Positions 30,305 to 40,456 of a stretch of DNA of 64,000 nt are shown here, one piece after another; position 1 is the stretch's first letter; every line of letters starts with the position of its first letter. Below the pieces are notes generated by a model. That model made no database searches. It was not told the DNA's origin and saw only the letters and a list, made by a program, of their open reading frames with translations. The DNA comes from Gammaproteobacteria bacterium. GTDB lineage: Bacteria > Pseudomonadota > Gammaproteobacteria > JBCCGL01. The stretch spans positions 4,000,001-4,064,000 of the forward strand of contig OZ255836.1 of NCBI GenBank assembly GCA_965277715.1, in the 5' to 3' direction. Both the position numbers and the translations under genes were made by a program.

Positions 30305-31093
30305 ATGTTTAAGCAGGTGGACACCAGTATAACGGCCTGGTCGACTTTGTGGCGCGAATTGGATTTGTGGCATAGAGCAGGCAATACGGCGACATTCTGG
30401 TGGCGGGATGATGATGCCGTGGCAGAGACAGTGCAACTGCACAGGCTTGACGCCTTGAGTCGGGCGCTTGCGGTGCCTGTCTCTCTGGCGGTCATTCCCG
30501 CGTGTCTGGACGATTCGCTACCGCGTTATATGCAGGGCCGTGACAACCTCACTGTTTTGCAACACGGCTACGCGCACAGTAGCTATGCTGCCAGGGGTGT
30601 GAAGAAAATTGAAATTGGTGGTGAGCGCAGTACACAGGCTATCGCGGATGAGCTTGCCGACGGCTGCCGACAATTGCGCCAGGCGTTTGGGGGGCAGTTT
30701 TTTCCGGTATTGGTGCCACCGTGGAACCGTATTGAAAAGCGCACGCACGGTGCATTGGCTGACGCCGGTTTTGTCGGTGTATCGTCAATGTGGGCGCGGC
30801 GCACGGCTTACCCGGTGGCGGGTTTGTTACGGGTTAATGCCCATATCGATCCGGTGCATTGGCGTCGTGATCAGGGGTTTGTGGGGGAGTACCGTGCCAT
30901 TGCCCAGATTCACAGGCATCTCTATGCGCGCCGTAGCGGGCGTAGGGATAGTGATGAGCCGACGGGGTTGCTAACGCATCATCTTGTGCAGAAGGAGGCA
31001 GTTTGGGGGTTTTGTGATAGGTTGATTCGGGCGTTGAGTCAGCACCCGGCGGTGCGGTGGTTGGGGAGTAGGGATATTTGGGCGGAAGGCTGA
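30305..31093 (+). CDS. Polysaccharide deacetylase-like protein
   Basis: WWRDDDA, LQHGYAH, VPPWNR, LLTHH. Confidence 0.8.
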   Translation: MFKQVDTSITAWSTLWRELDLWHRAGNTATFWWRDDDAVAETVQLHRLDALSRALAVPVSLAVIPACLDDSLPRYMQGRDNLTVLQHGYAHSSYAARGVKKIEIGGERSTQAIADELADGCRQLRQAFGGQFFPVLVPPWNRIEKRTHGALADAGFVGVSSMWARRTAYPVAGLLRVNAHIDPVHWRRDQGFVGEYRAIAQIHRHLYARRSGRRDSDEPTGLLTHHLVQKEAVWGFCDRLIRALSQHPAVRWLGSRDIWAEG

Positions 31094-31151
31094 ACCTGCC
31101 AATAGTAGAGTATTTATCTATGAAAAGTTGTAATTCAGGTGTTTTTACCAA

Positions 31152-31733
31152 TCAAGTCAGTGCGGTGCTGGCATAGCTGTTTTCAAGCCCGCCATCACTG
31201 GTAACCTCGAATGTGTGCGCGGCGTCCCAATCGAATTGGATGGGTGACTCACCGCGCATGTCCCAATCCATCGCCAGCGCATAGACACAGCGAATAACGC
31301 CTTTGTGTACTACGGCGCCACAATCCTGATTTTTTTTAGCGACACGCGCTATCCAGGCTTTTACACGTTGTTGTACCTGGCGTGGGCTTTCACCATTGGG
31401 CGGGCAAAAATCCAGGCCGCGCGCTTCGTTTTCACGCATGGGGTCACCGAGCTGTTTGCGCAACGGTTTGAGAATTTTCCCCTCCCAATCACCCCAGTGC
31501 ATCTCGGTGAGTACCGGCTCGATGGTGGGTTTGGTAATGCCCATTAACTCAGCCGTGTGGCGGGCGCGTTGCAAGGGGCTGCTATACCAGGGTAACTGGT
31601 GAAGCGCAGCGGGTAGTGTGCGCGTGCGCACTTGTGCAATACCGGCCTGACTCAATGGTTGGTCTATTCGCCCCTGAATGCGCTTTTCGGCATTCCAGTC
31701 GGTTGGGCCGTGTCGTACAAGTACGAGCTTCAT
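31152..31733 (-). CDS. Histidine phosphatase family protein
   Basis: LVRHG, SSPLQRA, GES, VVHKG. Confidence 0.9.
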   Translation of the reverse strand: MKLVLVRHGPTDWNAEKRIQGRIDQPLSQAGIAQVRTRTLPAALHQLPWYSSPLQRARHTAELMGITKPTIEPVLTEMHWGDWEGKILKPLRKQLGDPMRENEARGLDFCPPNGESPRQVQQRVKAWIARVAKKNQDCGAVVHKGVIRCVYALAMDWDMRGESPIQFDWDAAHTFEVTSDGGLENSYASTALT

Positions 31734-32983
31734 GGGTTTGCAGCCGCTTGGGGGCGGGCTGTGATATTCAGTTTTTCAACCAGTTGGTCGATGCCCCCGT
31801 CCAGTGAAAAATGCTGGTGTACACGGGTTAAACCCGCATCGGCAAGTGTTTTTCGCAGCGCGGGTTCACTGATTAGTTTTTGTAAGGCGGTGCACAATGC
31901 ATCAGCATTTTGTTGATCTACCAGCCAGCCGGTTTCGCCGTGCCGGATAAGTTCAGGAATGCCGGATATAGCAGTCGAAAGGCAGGCGAGTCGTTGGCTT
32001 TGTGCCTCCATCAATACATTGGGCAGGCCATCCCGGTCACCGTTTGAGGATATTCTGCTCGGCAATACAAATAAATCGGCTTTGCGGTATTGGGCCAATA
32101 CATCGGTTTGTGGTAGTGCGCCCAGCCATTCGATGCGCTGTTCCAGTCCAAGTGTCTTCGCCTGGGCTTTGAGTGTGTGTAGCAGTTCGCCGCCGCCAAT
32201 ATGGGTGAATCGCCAGTGCAGGTCGGCTGGCAGTGCCGCCAGTGCAGTTAATAGGTAATCGTACCCTTTTTTATTGACTGCACGGCCCACTGATATTAGC
32301 CGTACCGGGCTGCCTGGGTCACTGCCATCGTTGTGGGGTACGGCGGCTTGTTTATCCGGGAAGCGGGTGAAATCCAGGCCGTGGTATAGCAGCGTGACCT
32401 TATCGCTTTGGTCCACCAGGGCGGCGAGGTGGTCCGCATTGGCGGATGTACAGGTAACAACCCAGGCGGCGCTGGCAATTTTTTGCCTTTTTTCCCAGTC
32501 ATCAATTGTCCAGATATCTTTGGCGTGTGCTGAAATACTCCAGGGTTTTTGGTTAATCAGGCTGGCGTAAGCGGTTACGGAGGCAGGGGTATGCATAAAA
32601 TGTGCGTAGTAGTGGTTAACCGAATCAGGCATGTCGTGCGCCAATACTAATGCCTGGGCAAACCGGCGCATGCGGCTTGTACTAAAGTCGCGGCGCAAAT
32701 CGTGAATAAAGGCCCGTTTTGCCTGTTGGTAACCTGGACGATTGCGCACTTGCCACCAGGCGCGTAGTACACGTGACATGTCATCGGCAAAGTATTCGGG
32801 TAAATAGCGGACAGGTGCTTGAATCTCTTCATGGATTGGGTGCTGAGAGGTGTCGGTGGGGCGCCGCAGTGAAAATAGGCAGAGTGAAAAACCACGCAAT
32901 TCGAGTGCGCGGATCTCCTGGGCGATAAAGGTCTCTGACAGTCTTGGATAACCTTTCAGTACAATGGCAACAGTGGGTGGCAT
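31730..32983 (-). CDS. GT4 glycosyltransferase (WcaL-like)
   Basis: YPRLSETFI, AHAKDI, SVGRAVNKKG, DGLPNVLMEA. Confidence 0.9.
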   Translation of the reverse strand: MPPTVAIVLKGYPRLSETFIAQEIRALELRGFSLCLFSLRRPTDTSQHPIHEEIQAPVRYLPEYFADDMSRVLRAWWQVRNRPGYQQAKRAFIHDLRRDFSTSRMRRFAQALVLAHDMPDSVNHYYAHFMHTPASVTAYASLINQKPWSISAHAKDIWTIDDWEKRQKIASAAWVVTCTSANADHLAALVDQSDKVTLLYHGLDFTRFPDKQAAVPHNDGSDPGSPVRLISVGRAVNKKGYDYLLTALAALPADLHWRFTHIGGGELLHTLKAQAKTLGLEQRIEWLGALPQTDVLAQYRKADLFVLPSRISSNGDRDGLPNVLMEAQSQRLACLSTAISGIPELIRHGETGWLVDQQNADALCTALQKLISEPALRKTLADAGLTRVHQHFSLDGGIDQLVEKLNITARPQAAANP

Positions 32984-33211
32984 TGATCTATCAGTACCTG
33001 TTTTATTTAGCGAAGAAGGGTGTGCGATGTTACACTGCCGCCCGGGTTGGCGCTATTGATCCAGTACTCTGTTTGCCTGGTATTGCAAGGTTTAGCGTAA
33101 CACCCAACGCATTCATTTTACAGGTGGGTTAACTGAACCCATTGAATAAGGTAGACCGGGTAGTCGCTATCCCGGCGTATCCTGTTGGTAAAACACACAA
33201 AGAATCAGCTT

Positions 33212-35917
33212 ATGGAACCCTCGCTCTACCGCTATATATTGCAGCACAGTCGCAACAGTCAGTTTTTGCTGATTGCATTGTCGCTGGTGTCGTTGCCGAT
33301 TGTTTATATCACTTTGGAGCTGCCCAAAAAAATTATCAATATGCTGGAGGGTGAAGATTTACCGAGCGAAATCGTTATTTTGCAAATCGATAATTTTCTG
33401 GGTGTCATTACCGATTATGTGTTGAGCTTTCGCCTCGATCAGCTATTTGGCTGGCAGATTAACCAAACCAGTTACCTGATGTTACTCAGCTTTGCTTTTT
33501 TGTTTGCTGTACTCGTTAACGGTGGCATTAAATTTTACATCAACGTCTATCGTGGTGCCTTGGGTGAGCAGTTGCTGCGGCGCTTTCGCTACACGTTATA
33601 TGAACGTATTTTACGCTTCCCGATCCCCTATTTTAAGCGGGTATCACAGGGTGAGCTAATCCCAATGATTACCGCCGAAACAGAGCCCCTGGGTGAGTTT
33701 ATTGGTGAGTCTTATTCATTGCCGGTATACCAGGGCGGCATACTGTTTACCTATTTGTATTTTATTTTTAAGCAGGATATTTTTTTAGGTATAGCGGCTG
33801 TTTCGCTGTACCCGTTTCAGTTATATGTTATTCCCAAGTTGCAACAGCGGGTTAACCAACTGGCCAAGGAGCGTGTGCGTATGGTACGCAGTTTGTCTGG
33901 GCGTATCGGTGAGACGGTCGCGGGCATCACCGAGGTGCATGCCAATGACACCAGCTATTACGAGCGCGCACAAATAAGCCATCGTCTTGGCATTATTTAC
34001 CAGATTCGTTACGCGATTTACCGGCGCAAATTCTTTATCAAATTCCTCAATAACTTTATTGCCCAGTTAACCCCTTTCTTCTTCTATTCGGTTGGTGGTT
34101 ATTTTGTATTGCGTGGCGATTTATCGATTGGTGCAATGGTGGCCGTGTTAGTGGCGTATAAGGATTTGGCAGGCCCCTGGAAAGAATTGCTGCGCTACTA
34201 CCAACGCAAGGAGGATATCAAGGTCAAGTACACACAGGTAATCGAGCAATTTAACCCGCAGAATATGATTGATGCCAACATTATCGATAACGAGCCGGAT
34301 ACCCTACAGTTACCACAGGGGGTGTTACAGGGAAACAATGTAGGTTATAGCGAGGATGATGTGTATTTTAGTGTCGATAGCGCCAGCTTTAACCTGGGTC
34401 TGGATCAACACATTGCCGCAGTCGGCTTAAGCAATAGTGGCAAGGATGAATTAGCTTGCTTGCTTGCACGGTTGATTAACCCATCCGTGGGAAGTGTCAG
34501 TATTGGTGAGCAGAAACTGGTGGATATACCGGAGGCATTGATTGGTAGACGGCTCGCTTATGTGGGGCAAAATACACACCTGTTCACCGGCTCGGTGCGC
34601 GATAATCTGCTTTACCCTTTAAAGCACCGCCCCATTGCTGAGGCAGATGTAGACGATGACAAAGTGCGTGCTATGCATCGACAGCTGGCAGAACAGTCAG
34701 GTAATTCTATCCACAGCATCGACGATCACTGGGTGGATTATGCTGCCACTGGCGTTGAAGGGGATGCCCAATTCAGGCAGCGGGTTCACCAGCTATTGGT
34801 TACCGTCGAGCTGGATGATGAGATTTACCAATTTGGTTTATTGTCGCAGGTCGATCAATCGCAGAACCTTGATTTGGCGCGGCGCATTATGCAGGCGCGC
34901 CGACAGTTGCGGGATCTGTTGGGTCAGCCGGAGTTTGCCAAGCTTGTCGAACCGTTTGATCAGGATAAATATAATACCAATTTAACTGTGGGTGAGAACC
35001 TGTTATTCGGTACCATCTACGATGGCGCGATCGATACAGACCGGCTGGCCGACAATCCAGCGATTCGTCGTATACTCGATGAGACCAATCTGATCGATGA
35101 CTTTTTCTCTGCCGGTAAACAGATTGCAGAAGTCATGCTCGATTTGTTCTCTGACGTAGAGCCAGACAGTGAGCTCTTTGAGCGCTTCAGTTTTATCAGC
35201 GCCGACGATTTGCCTGAATTTCAGCAATTGCTGATGCACACACGGGATACATCGACGACTTCGATCAGCGAGGAGGATAGAGGGCGCTTATTATCCCTGC
35301 CATTTAAATTGATTATCGCCCGCCACCGTCTGGGTTTAATTAATGAACCGATTCAGCAACGCATACTGCAAGCGCGCAAACGCATTCGTGAAGAGGCTGC
35401 ACAGCACGCCCTGGGCATTGAATTTTTTGATGAAACCCAATACAACCCACGCATTTCAGTACAGGACAATATCCTGTTTGGCAAGCTTGCTTACGGCCAG
35501 GCGAATGCGCAGGCAAAAATTAATAAGCTGATTGCCGATGTTGTCGAGGCTTTATCGTTGCGCAGTGACATTATCGAGGCCGGGTTGGCGTTTGAGGTGG
35601 GTGTCGCCGGTGCGCGTTTATCGTCTACGCAACGGCAAAAGCTGGGCCTGGCACGTTGCCTGATAAAGGCACCGGATGTATTGATCGTCAATGAAGCGAT
35701 GGCGGGTCTGGATACTGCCACTGAGCGCCGGTTAATAAAGCGGGTGCGTGAGCAAATGTCATCACGTGGTATTTTCTGGGTGTTGGCACGGGCGCAGTTG
35801 GCGGAAAATTTTGATCGGGTGATGGTGATGGAGCGGGGTAAGTTGGTTGCCAATGGCTTGTTTGATGAAGTGGCGGCGGACAGTGAACATTTCCAGCGGT
35901 TGGTGGGGGATGAATAA
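33212..35917 (+). CDS. Fused ABC exporter (TMD plus degenerate, insert-containing NBD)
   Basis: N-terminal ABC membrane domain; Walker A GLSNSGKD, signature LSSTQRQ, Walker B LIVNE; TTG at 33185 is an alternative start. Confidence 0.85.
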   Translation: MEPSLYRYILQHSRNSQFLLIALSLVSLPIVYITLELPKKIINMLEGEDLPSEIVILQIDNFLGVITDYVLSFRLDQLFGWQINQTSYLMLLSFAFLFAVLVNGGIKFYINVYRGALGEQLLRRFRYTLYERILRFPIPYFKRVSQGELIPMITAETEPLGEFIGESYSLPVYQGGILFTYLYFIFKQDIFLGIAAVSLYPFQLYVIPKLQQRVNQLAKERVRMVRSLSGRIGETVAGITEVHANDTSYYERAQISHRLGIIYQIRYAIYRRKFFIKFLNNFIAQLTPFFFYSVGGYFVLRGDLSIGAMVAVLVAYKDLAGPWKELLRYYQRKEDIKVKYTQVIEQFNPQNMIDANIIDNEPDTLQLPQGVLQGNNVGYSEDDVYFSVDSASFNLGLDQHIAAVGLSNSGKDELACLLARLINPSVGSVSIGEQKLVDIPEALIGRRLAYVGQNTHLFTGSVRDNLLYPLKHRPIAEADVDDDKVRAMHRQLAEQSGNSIHSIDDHWVDYAATGVEGDAQFRQRVHQLLVTVELDDEIYQFGLLSQVDQSQNLDLARRIMQARRQLRDLLGQPEFAKLVEPFDQDKYNTNLTVGENLLFGTIYDGAIDTDRLADNPAIRRILDETNLIDDFFSAGKQIAEVMLDLFSDVEPDSELFERFSFISADDLPEFQQLLMHTRDTSTTSISEEDRGRLLSLPFKLIIARHRLGLINEPIQQRILQARKRIREEAAQHALGIEFFDETQYNPRISVQDNILFGKLAYGQANAQAKINKLIADVVEALSLRSDIIEAGLAFEVGVAGARLSSTQRQKLGLARCLIKAPDVLIVNEAMAGLDTATERRLIKRVREQMSSRGIFWVLARAQLAENFDRVMVMERGKLVANGLFDEVAADSEHFQRLVGDE

Positions 35918-35936
35918 TCTTAATCGCTGTGTTTAA

Positions 35937-36001
35937 CCTAAATTCCGCAGTTGAATCTACTGCGACCACCTACTCGCTACGATTCAACTGCGGAATTTAA
36001 G
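35937..36001. mobile_element. MITE copy 4 (65 bp) with TTTAA target-site duplication
   Basis: Same TIRs, reverse orientation, between convergent genes; TTTAA at 35932-36 and 36002-06. Confidence 0.88.
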
Positions 36002-36002
36002 T

Positions 36003-37601
36003 TTAACAACCCCACACATCAACTGTTAGTGGCTCATTCCTGGGTCGGTTGTGGTGCCATATCCTGTCGTCCCAGGATACCTGTGCGTTGCGATTAAATA
36101 TCAGCAGGTGTACTTCTGTTGCACCACATTGGTGGGCATAAGCGGTGGCCTGTGCAACACCATCGTCAATCGTTTGTTCCAGGTTTGAGTAGAGAATTTT
36201 TAGTTCCAGTACAATGCGTTGTACCTCGCCGTAAAACCCCTGCACCTCATCGACAGGCCACTCAATATAGAGATCTGTGTACTTACGCCCCAGCGCATAT
36301 TCGCGGTGGATGCGCCCACCACCATTTAATATACGTTGTAAAAATGCCTGTAATATCAGTTGTGGCCCCGCTTCTTTATACGGCAACCCCTGTAACCATA
36401 TATCGGCATTTTCGCGAAAGAATTGTTGGAATTGTGACAGGAGTTTACTCATGTCCAGGTGTTTGTTAGGGGTTACATACCATGACGGATCAGGTGCGAT
36501 GGCATCCTGTATCGGTGCAGTGATTTCACGTGGGATAATTTCCTGATAGATGGCATTGGCAATGCGCAAGTGCGGTTTACGGGTGATCAAACCCAAGTCT
36601 TCCACATATTGCAAATCATCTTCCTGCATAGCGGGGATGCTTGGTTCGCCAGCCAATATAGCGGCAATGACCGTATGTACACGGGCCTCTTTAAGCTTGT
36701 GTGTCAATTGATCAAGGTGTGTCGCACGCGAGCGAATTAAACGCTCGCGTGCTGCCCGATAGCATTCGATGGTAATAGGGGTATTGCGGTTGCGGGCCGC
36801 TTGATCTTTCCAGGTCATCTCATGGCCCAACGCATTGGCCAGCCAGGGTTGCCCCTGGGTGTCCTGCCATAGTGCGGAAAATAAATCAGCGGTAAAAATC
36901 TGGCCGGTTTCCTCTGTGTGTTGCTTATACAATAAACCAACTTCATTTTGGTTTAAGTTATTCATGCGTAGGGATTCAGCCTTGATATTAAATGCGCTCC
37001 CTCCGGTGATGGTTTCCTTGTGGTGGCTATGAATACGGTAATCTCTGATATCACGCACACCACAGAGAATGATGCTTTGTGGAAATGCTGCCGGGCGCTG
37101 GGCATAACCAGCACGAATTTGGCGCAATAGTGAAATCAGCGTATCACCTATCAATGCATCCACTTCATCCAGCATTAGCACAATAGGTTTATCACTCATT
37201 TGTGCCCAGCGGCTGAGCAGTGTGGTCAGCGCGCCGCGTGCCTGGCTATTTGCCAACAGTTCACGTGTCAGTTTTTCCAGGCGTGGTTCAACGTTATATG
37301 TAGTCGCTGTTGCGGCGATTGTTTCACAGACAATGGCAAGGCCGCTTTCTGCGTCATCGCGTGCGGCTTGGGCTGCTTCAATATTGACATAGAGTGTGCT
37401 GTATTTCTCCTCCTGATCGAGCCCCTTCATTATTGCCAGCAATGTGCTGGTTTTACCGGTTTGGCGTGGCGCGTGGAGGATAAAATATTTTTCAGAATCA
37501 ATCAGGTGTTGAACCTCTGCCCAGTCAATGCGTTGCAGCGGGTCTACACAATAGTGCTTGCCCGGGAAAACCGGGCCAGTGGTGTTGAAATGCCTGGGCA
37601 T
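36003..37601 (-). CDS. AAA-like ATPase with C-terminal PD-(D/E)xK nuclease domain
   Basis: Walker A APRQTGKT, Walker B LMLDEVD, TQGQPWL, C-terminal REY..G..TDL..LELK. Confidence 0.82.
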   Translation of the reverse strand: MPRHFNTTGPVFPGKHYCVDPLQRIDWAEVQHLIDSEKYFILHAPRQTGKTSTLLAIMKGLDQEEKYSTLYVNIEAAQAARDDAESGLAIVCETIAATATTYNVEPRLEKLTRELLANSQARGALTTLLSRWAQMSDKPIVLMLDEVDALIGDTLISLLRQIRAGYAQRPAAFPQSIILCGVRDIRDYRIHSHHKETITGGSAFNIKAESLRMNNLNQNEVGLLYKQHTEETGQIFTADLFSALWQDTQGQPWLANALGHEMTWKDQAARNRNTPITIECYRAARERLIRSRATHLDQLTHKLKEARVHTVIAAILAGEPSIPAMQEDDLQYVEDLGLITRKPHLRIANAIYQEIIPREITAPIQDAIAPDPSWYVTPNKHLDMSKLLSQFQQFFRENADIWLQGLPYKEAGPQLILQAFLQRILNGGGRIHREYALGRKYTDLYIEWPVDEVQGFYGEVQRIVLELKILYSNLEQTIDDGVAQATAYAHQCGATEVHLLIFNRNAQVSWDDRIWHHNRPRNEPLTVDVWGC

Positions 37602-37771
37602 GGGATTTTGACTGGTTTGACAGAGTGTTGTTAGTGTAGCACTAAGGAACGGGGAAAAATAAATTTGCGTGAGTTACACAGGTGTTTTTAGTCTTTTGCC
37701 CAATACCCATTGCTAATGCCTCATTCCGGTGATGATCGATCCTGATGCCGTATTCTGTTGGCCTCGGCTCC

Positions 37772-38110
37772 CTACCAGGTCTTTGGTATAAACCCATCCG
37801 TATTAACAATCGCCGCTGAATCCTCTGTGGCGCGAATGGTTAATAAGCCATGCCGTGCAGCCATGCCTCCTGCATCCGAGTCCATGGTTAAATACGCCAT
37901 GCTACCGTACACTTTGTTTGCTGCATAACGCGGCATCCAGGTCTTTAGTTGTGCCAGTTTGTCGATGAAGTGTGTTACATCGCCGGGTCGCCGGGTGGTT
38001 TTTACTTCTACCACCACAATCTCATTGCGGTCAGTCGCTTTGAATTGGCGAGCCGTTTCCTGGAATTGTTGGTTGGTTTCTTGTTGGGAAATCGCCAGGC
38101 TGGCAACTAA
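37772..38110 (-). pseudogene. Fragment of a coiled-coil + PD-(D/E)xK-type protein
   Basis: QETNQQFQETARQFKATD joined directly to VVVEVKT..F..W; no start and an apparent internal deletion. Confidence 0.55.
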
Positions 38111-38282
38111 TTATTTAAGTGCATTGTCGGTCATTGGCTTACGTCCTTTGTAGATGGTATAAAGTTGTAGCCTAGCGGTTTGCCAGTTTAGCTTACAAGC
38201 CGACTGATTAAACATAGCTGCATAGTATAGTTGCTCAATTGCGCAACCGATATTAATGCACTGAATCTTAAAAAGGTCTTTT

Positions 38283-38900
38283 ATGGGGACGCCACTTTCA
38301 ATTGGGGTTGTACTTTTTGATGGGTTTGAATTGCTCGATGTATTTGGCCCGTTGGAAATGTTTGGCATGTACCCGGAGAGGTTTTCATTGCGAATGGTCG
38401 CCGAAAACAGCGGTGTGGTTGCCAGTGCGCAGGGGCCTCGATCTGTTGTAGATGCGGTTTTCTCCGACGCTGTGCAGTACGATATATTATTGGTGCCAGG
38501 TGGTCGTGGCACGCGTACCGAGGTGAATAATCCGGTTTTATTGGCATGGTTGCAGGCGCAGGCGAACGGTGCGCAATTTGTTACATCGGTGTGCACCGGC
38601 AGTGCGGTGTTGGCTAAAGCGGGGCTGCTCAACGGGCGCAGAGCGACGGGTAATAAGCTCAACTTTTCGTTTGTCACATCGCAAGGCCCCGATGTCGATT
38701 GGGTAAAAGAGGCTCGCTGGGTTGAAGACGGGAAATTCTTTACATCATCCGGGGTATCTGCCGGGATCGATATGTCACTGGCACTGATTGCTAAAGTGCT
38801 GGGTAAAGACGCTGCCAGGCAGACGGCTGTCTGGGCCGAGTATGAATGGCACGAAGACGCGGGGTGGGATCCTTTTGCCAGGGTTTATGGACTTGTTTAA
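38283..38900 (+). CDS. DJ-1/PfpI family protein
   Basis: FELLDVFGP, VPGG, SVCTG, SSGVSAGID. Confidence 0.9.
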   Translation: MGTPLSIGVVLFDGFELLDVFGPLEMFGMYPERFSLRMVAENSGVVASAQGPRSVVDAVFSDAVQYDILLVPGGRGTRTEVNNPVLLAWLQAQANGAQFVTSVCTGSAVLAKAGLLNGRRATGNKLNFSFVTSQGPDVDWVKEARWVEDGKFFTSSGVSAGIDMSLALIAKVLGKDAARQTAVWAEYEWHEDAGWDPFARVYGLV

Positions 38901-38950
38901 AACGGCTTCACCCAGCAGCAGCACACAACTTAATCATGTGAGTATTCCCG

Positions 38951-40456
38951 ATGCATTTTGTAATTGCGCTGTTTCAGCACGAAACCAATACCTTTTCACC
39001 GATAGAAACGCCCTATGCGGCCTTTGCGGGTACAACCGGGTTGAGCGAGCCGCCCTGCGGTCAGCAGGCGATTGATGCCTATGGCAGTGCAGACTTTGCC
39101 TTCAAAGCGTTTCTTGACCTGGCGGCAGAACAAGGTGCGAGCGTTGTTGTGCCGATAGCCGCGTATGCGGAACCAAGCGGTTATGTGTTCGATGACGCAT
39201 TCGATGCGATTGCCCAGTCGATTTGCGATGCGGTAGCGGCTGGCTGTGATGCGGTATTTCTCGACCTGCACGGCGCGATGGTGACACAGCGCTACAGCGA
39301 TGGCGAAGGCGAACTATTGCGCCAAATCCGCGCCGTAAATCCCACGGTGCCCATCGCTGTGGCGCTCGACTTTCACGCCAATATGAGTGATGCCATTGTC
39401 GAGAACGCCAATGTGGTGACGGGCTATTGCACCTACCCCCATATCGATATGTACGAAACGGGCCTGCGTGCAGGCAAGACATTATTGCGTGCGCTAGCGG
39501 GTGAGTGTGACCCGGTAACGCGATGGCTGCGTGCGCCCATGTTAACCCACATGCTGTTGCAAACACCCGCACGTGAGCCGATGAAATCGATCACAGACCG
39601 GGCGATGCACGCCGAATCCAGTGGTGAAGTGCTTAACGCCTCGGTGTTTGGCGGGTTTCCACTCGCAGATATACCCGAGGCTTGTTTGAGTGCGGTGGTG
39701 GTGGAAGAGCGCAACAGTGGTGCGGCACAGCCACTAATGGATGCTTTGATTAACCAGGCGTGGGCGCGCCGTCGCGATTTTGTGTGGCAGTGTGAGCCTG
39801 TCGAAGTGGGCGTGCGCAAAGCGGCCATATTGGATGATGGCCCGGTTGTCGTCGCTGATCATGGCGACAATACCGGGGCAGGTGGCCCTGCGGATAATGT
39901 TGACGTACTGCGGGAAATGTTGCGGCAGGGTTTGAGTGATATTGCTGTTGCGCCGATATGGGATCCGCAGGCATTGGCCCAGTGCCTACACGCCGGTGAA
40001 GGGGCGAGGCTCACACTGGATATTGGGGGCAAAACCGATAGCCCTGCGCTAAACCTCAAGGCACAGCCGTTACATTTAAGCGGCACGGTTAAACGGATTA
40101 CCGATGGCACTTTCACTATTAGCTGCCCTATGCAAACCGGTCTACGTGTCTGTTTGGGGGCGACCGTGGTGTTTGCCACTGAGCAGGCGGATATCCTTAT
40201 CAGTGCCCACCGCTGGGAGCCTTACGATGTGGGGTGCCTGACACATGCCGGTATCGACGTGACGGAGAAACACTATATATTGGTTAAGTCGCGGCAGCAT
40301 TTTCGCGCAGGTTTTGAAGCCATCGCAAAACATATTGTGCTGGTCGATGGGCCGGGTGTGTGCAGTTCTGACTACAATCGCTTTCCCTTTAAGCGCCTTT
40401 CACGGCCTATCTATCCGTTGGATGAGGCGATGCAGTTTGGTCTATCTATAGAATGA
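38951..40456 (+). CDS. M81 family metallopeptidase (MlrC-like)
   Basis: HETNTF, LDLHGAM, LDFHAN, YPHID, DNTGAG, VKSRQHFRA. Confidence 0.9.
   Translation: MHFVIALFQHETNTFSPIETPYAAFAGTTGLSEPPCGQQAIDAYGSADFAFKAFLDLAAEQGASVVVPIAAYAEPSGYVFDDAFDAIAQSICDAVAAGCDAVFLDLHGAMVTQRYSDGEGELLRQIRAVNPTVPIAVALDFHANMSDAIVENANVVTGYCTYPHIDMYETGLRAGKTLLRALAGECDPVTRWLRAPMLTHMLLQTPAREPMKSITDRAMHAESSGEVLNASVFGGFPLADIPEACLSAVVVEERNSGAAQPLMDALINQAWARRRDFVWQCEPVEVGVRKAAILDDGPVVVADHGDNTGAGGPADNVDVLREMLRQGLSDIAVAPIWDPQALAQCLHAGEGARLTLDIGGKTDSPALNLKAQPLHLSGTVKRITDGTFTISCPMQTGLRVCLGATVVFATEQADILISAHRWEPYDVGCLTHAGIDVTEKHYILVKSRQHFRAGFEAIAKHIVLVDGPGVCSSDYNRFPFKRLSRPIYPLDEAMQFGLSIE

Noticed and set aside
38951-40456. Microcystin degradation pathway
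   Set aside because: No mlrA, mlrB or mlrD recognised; M81 peptidases are widespread
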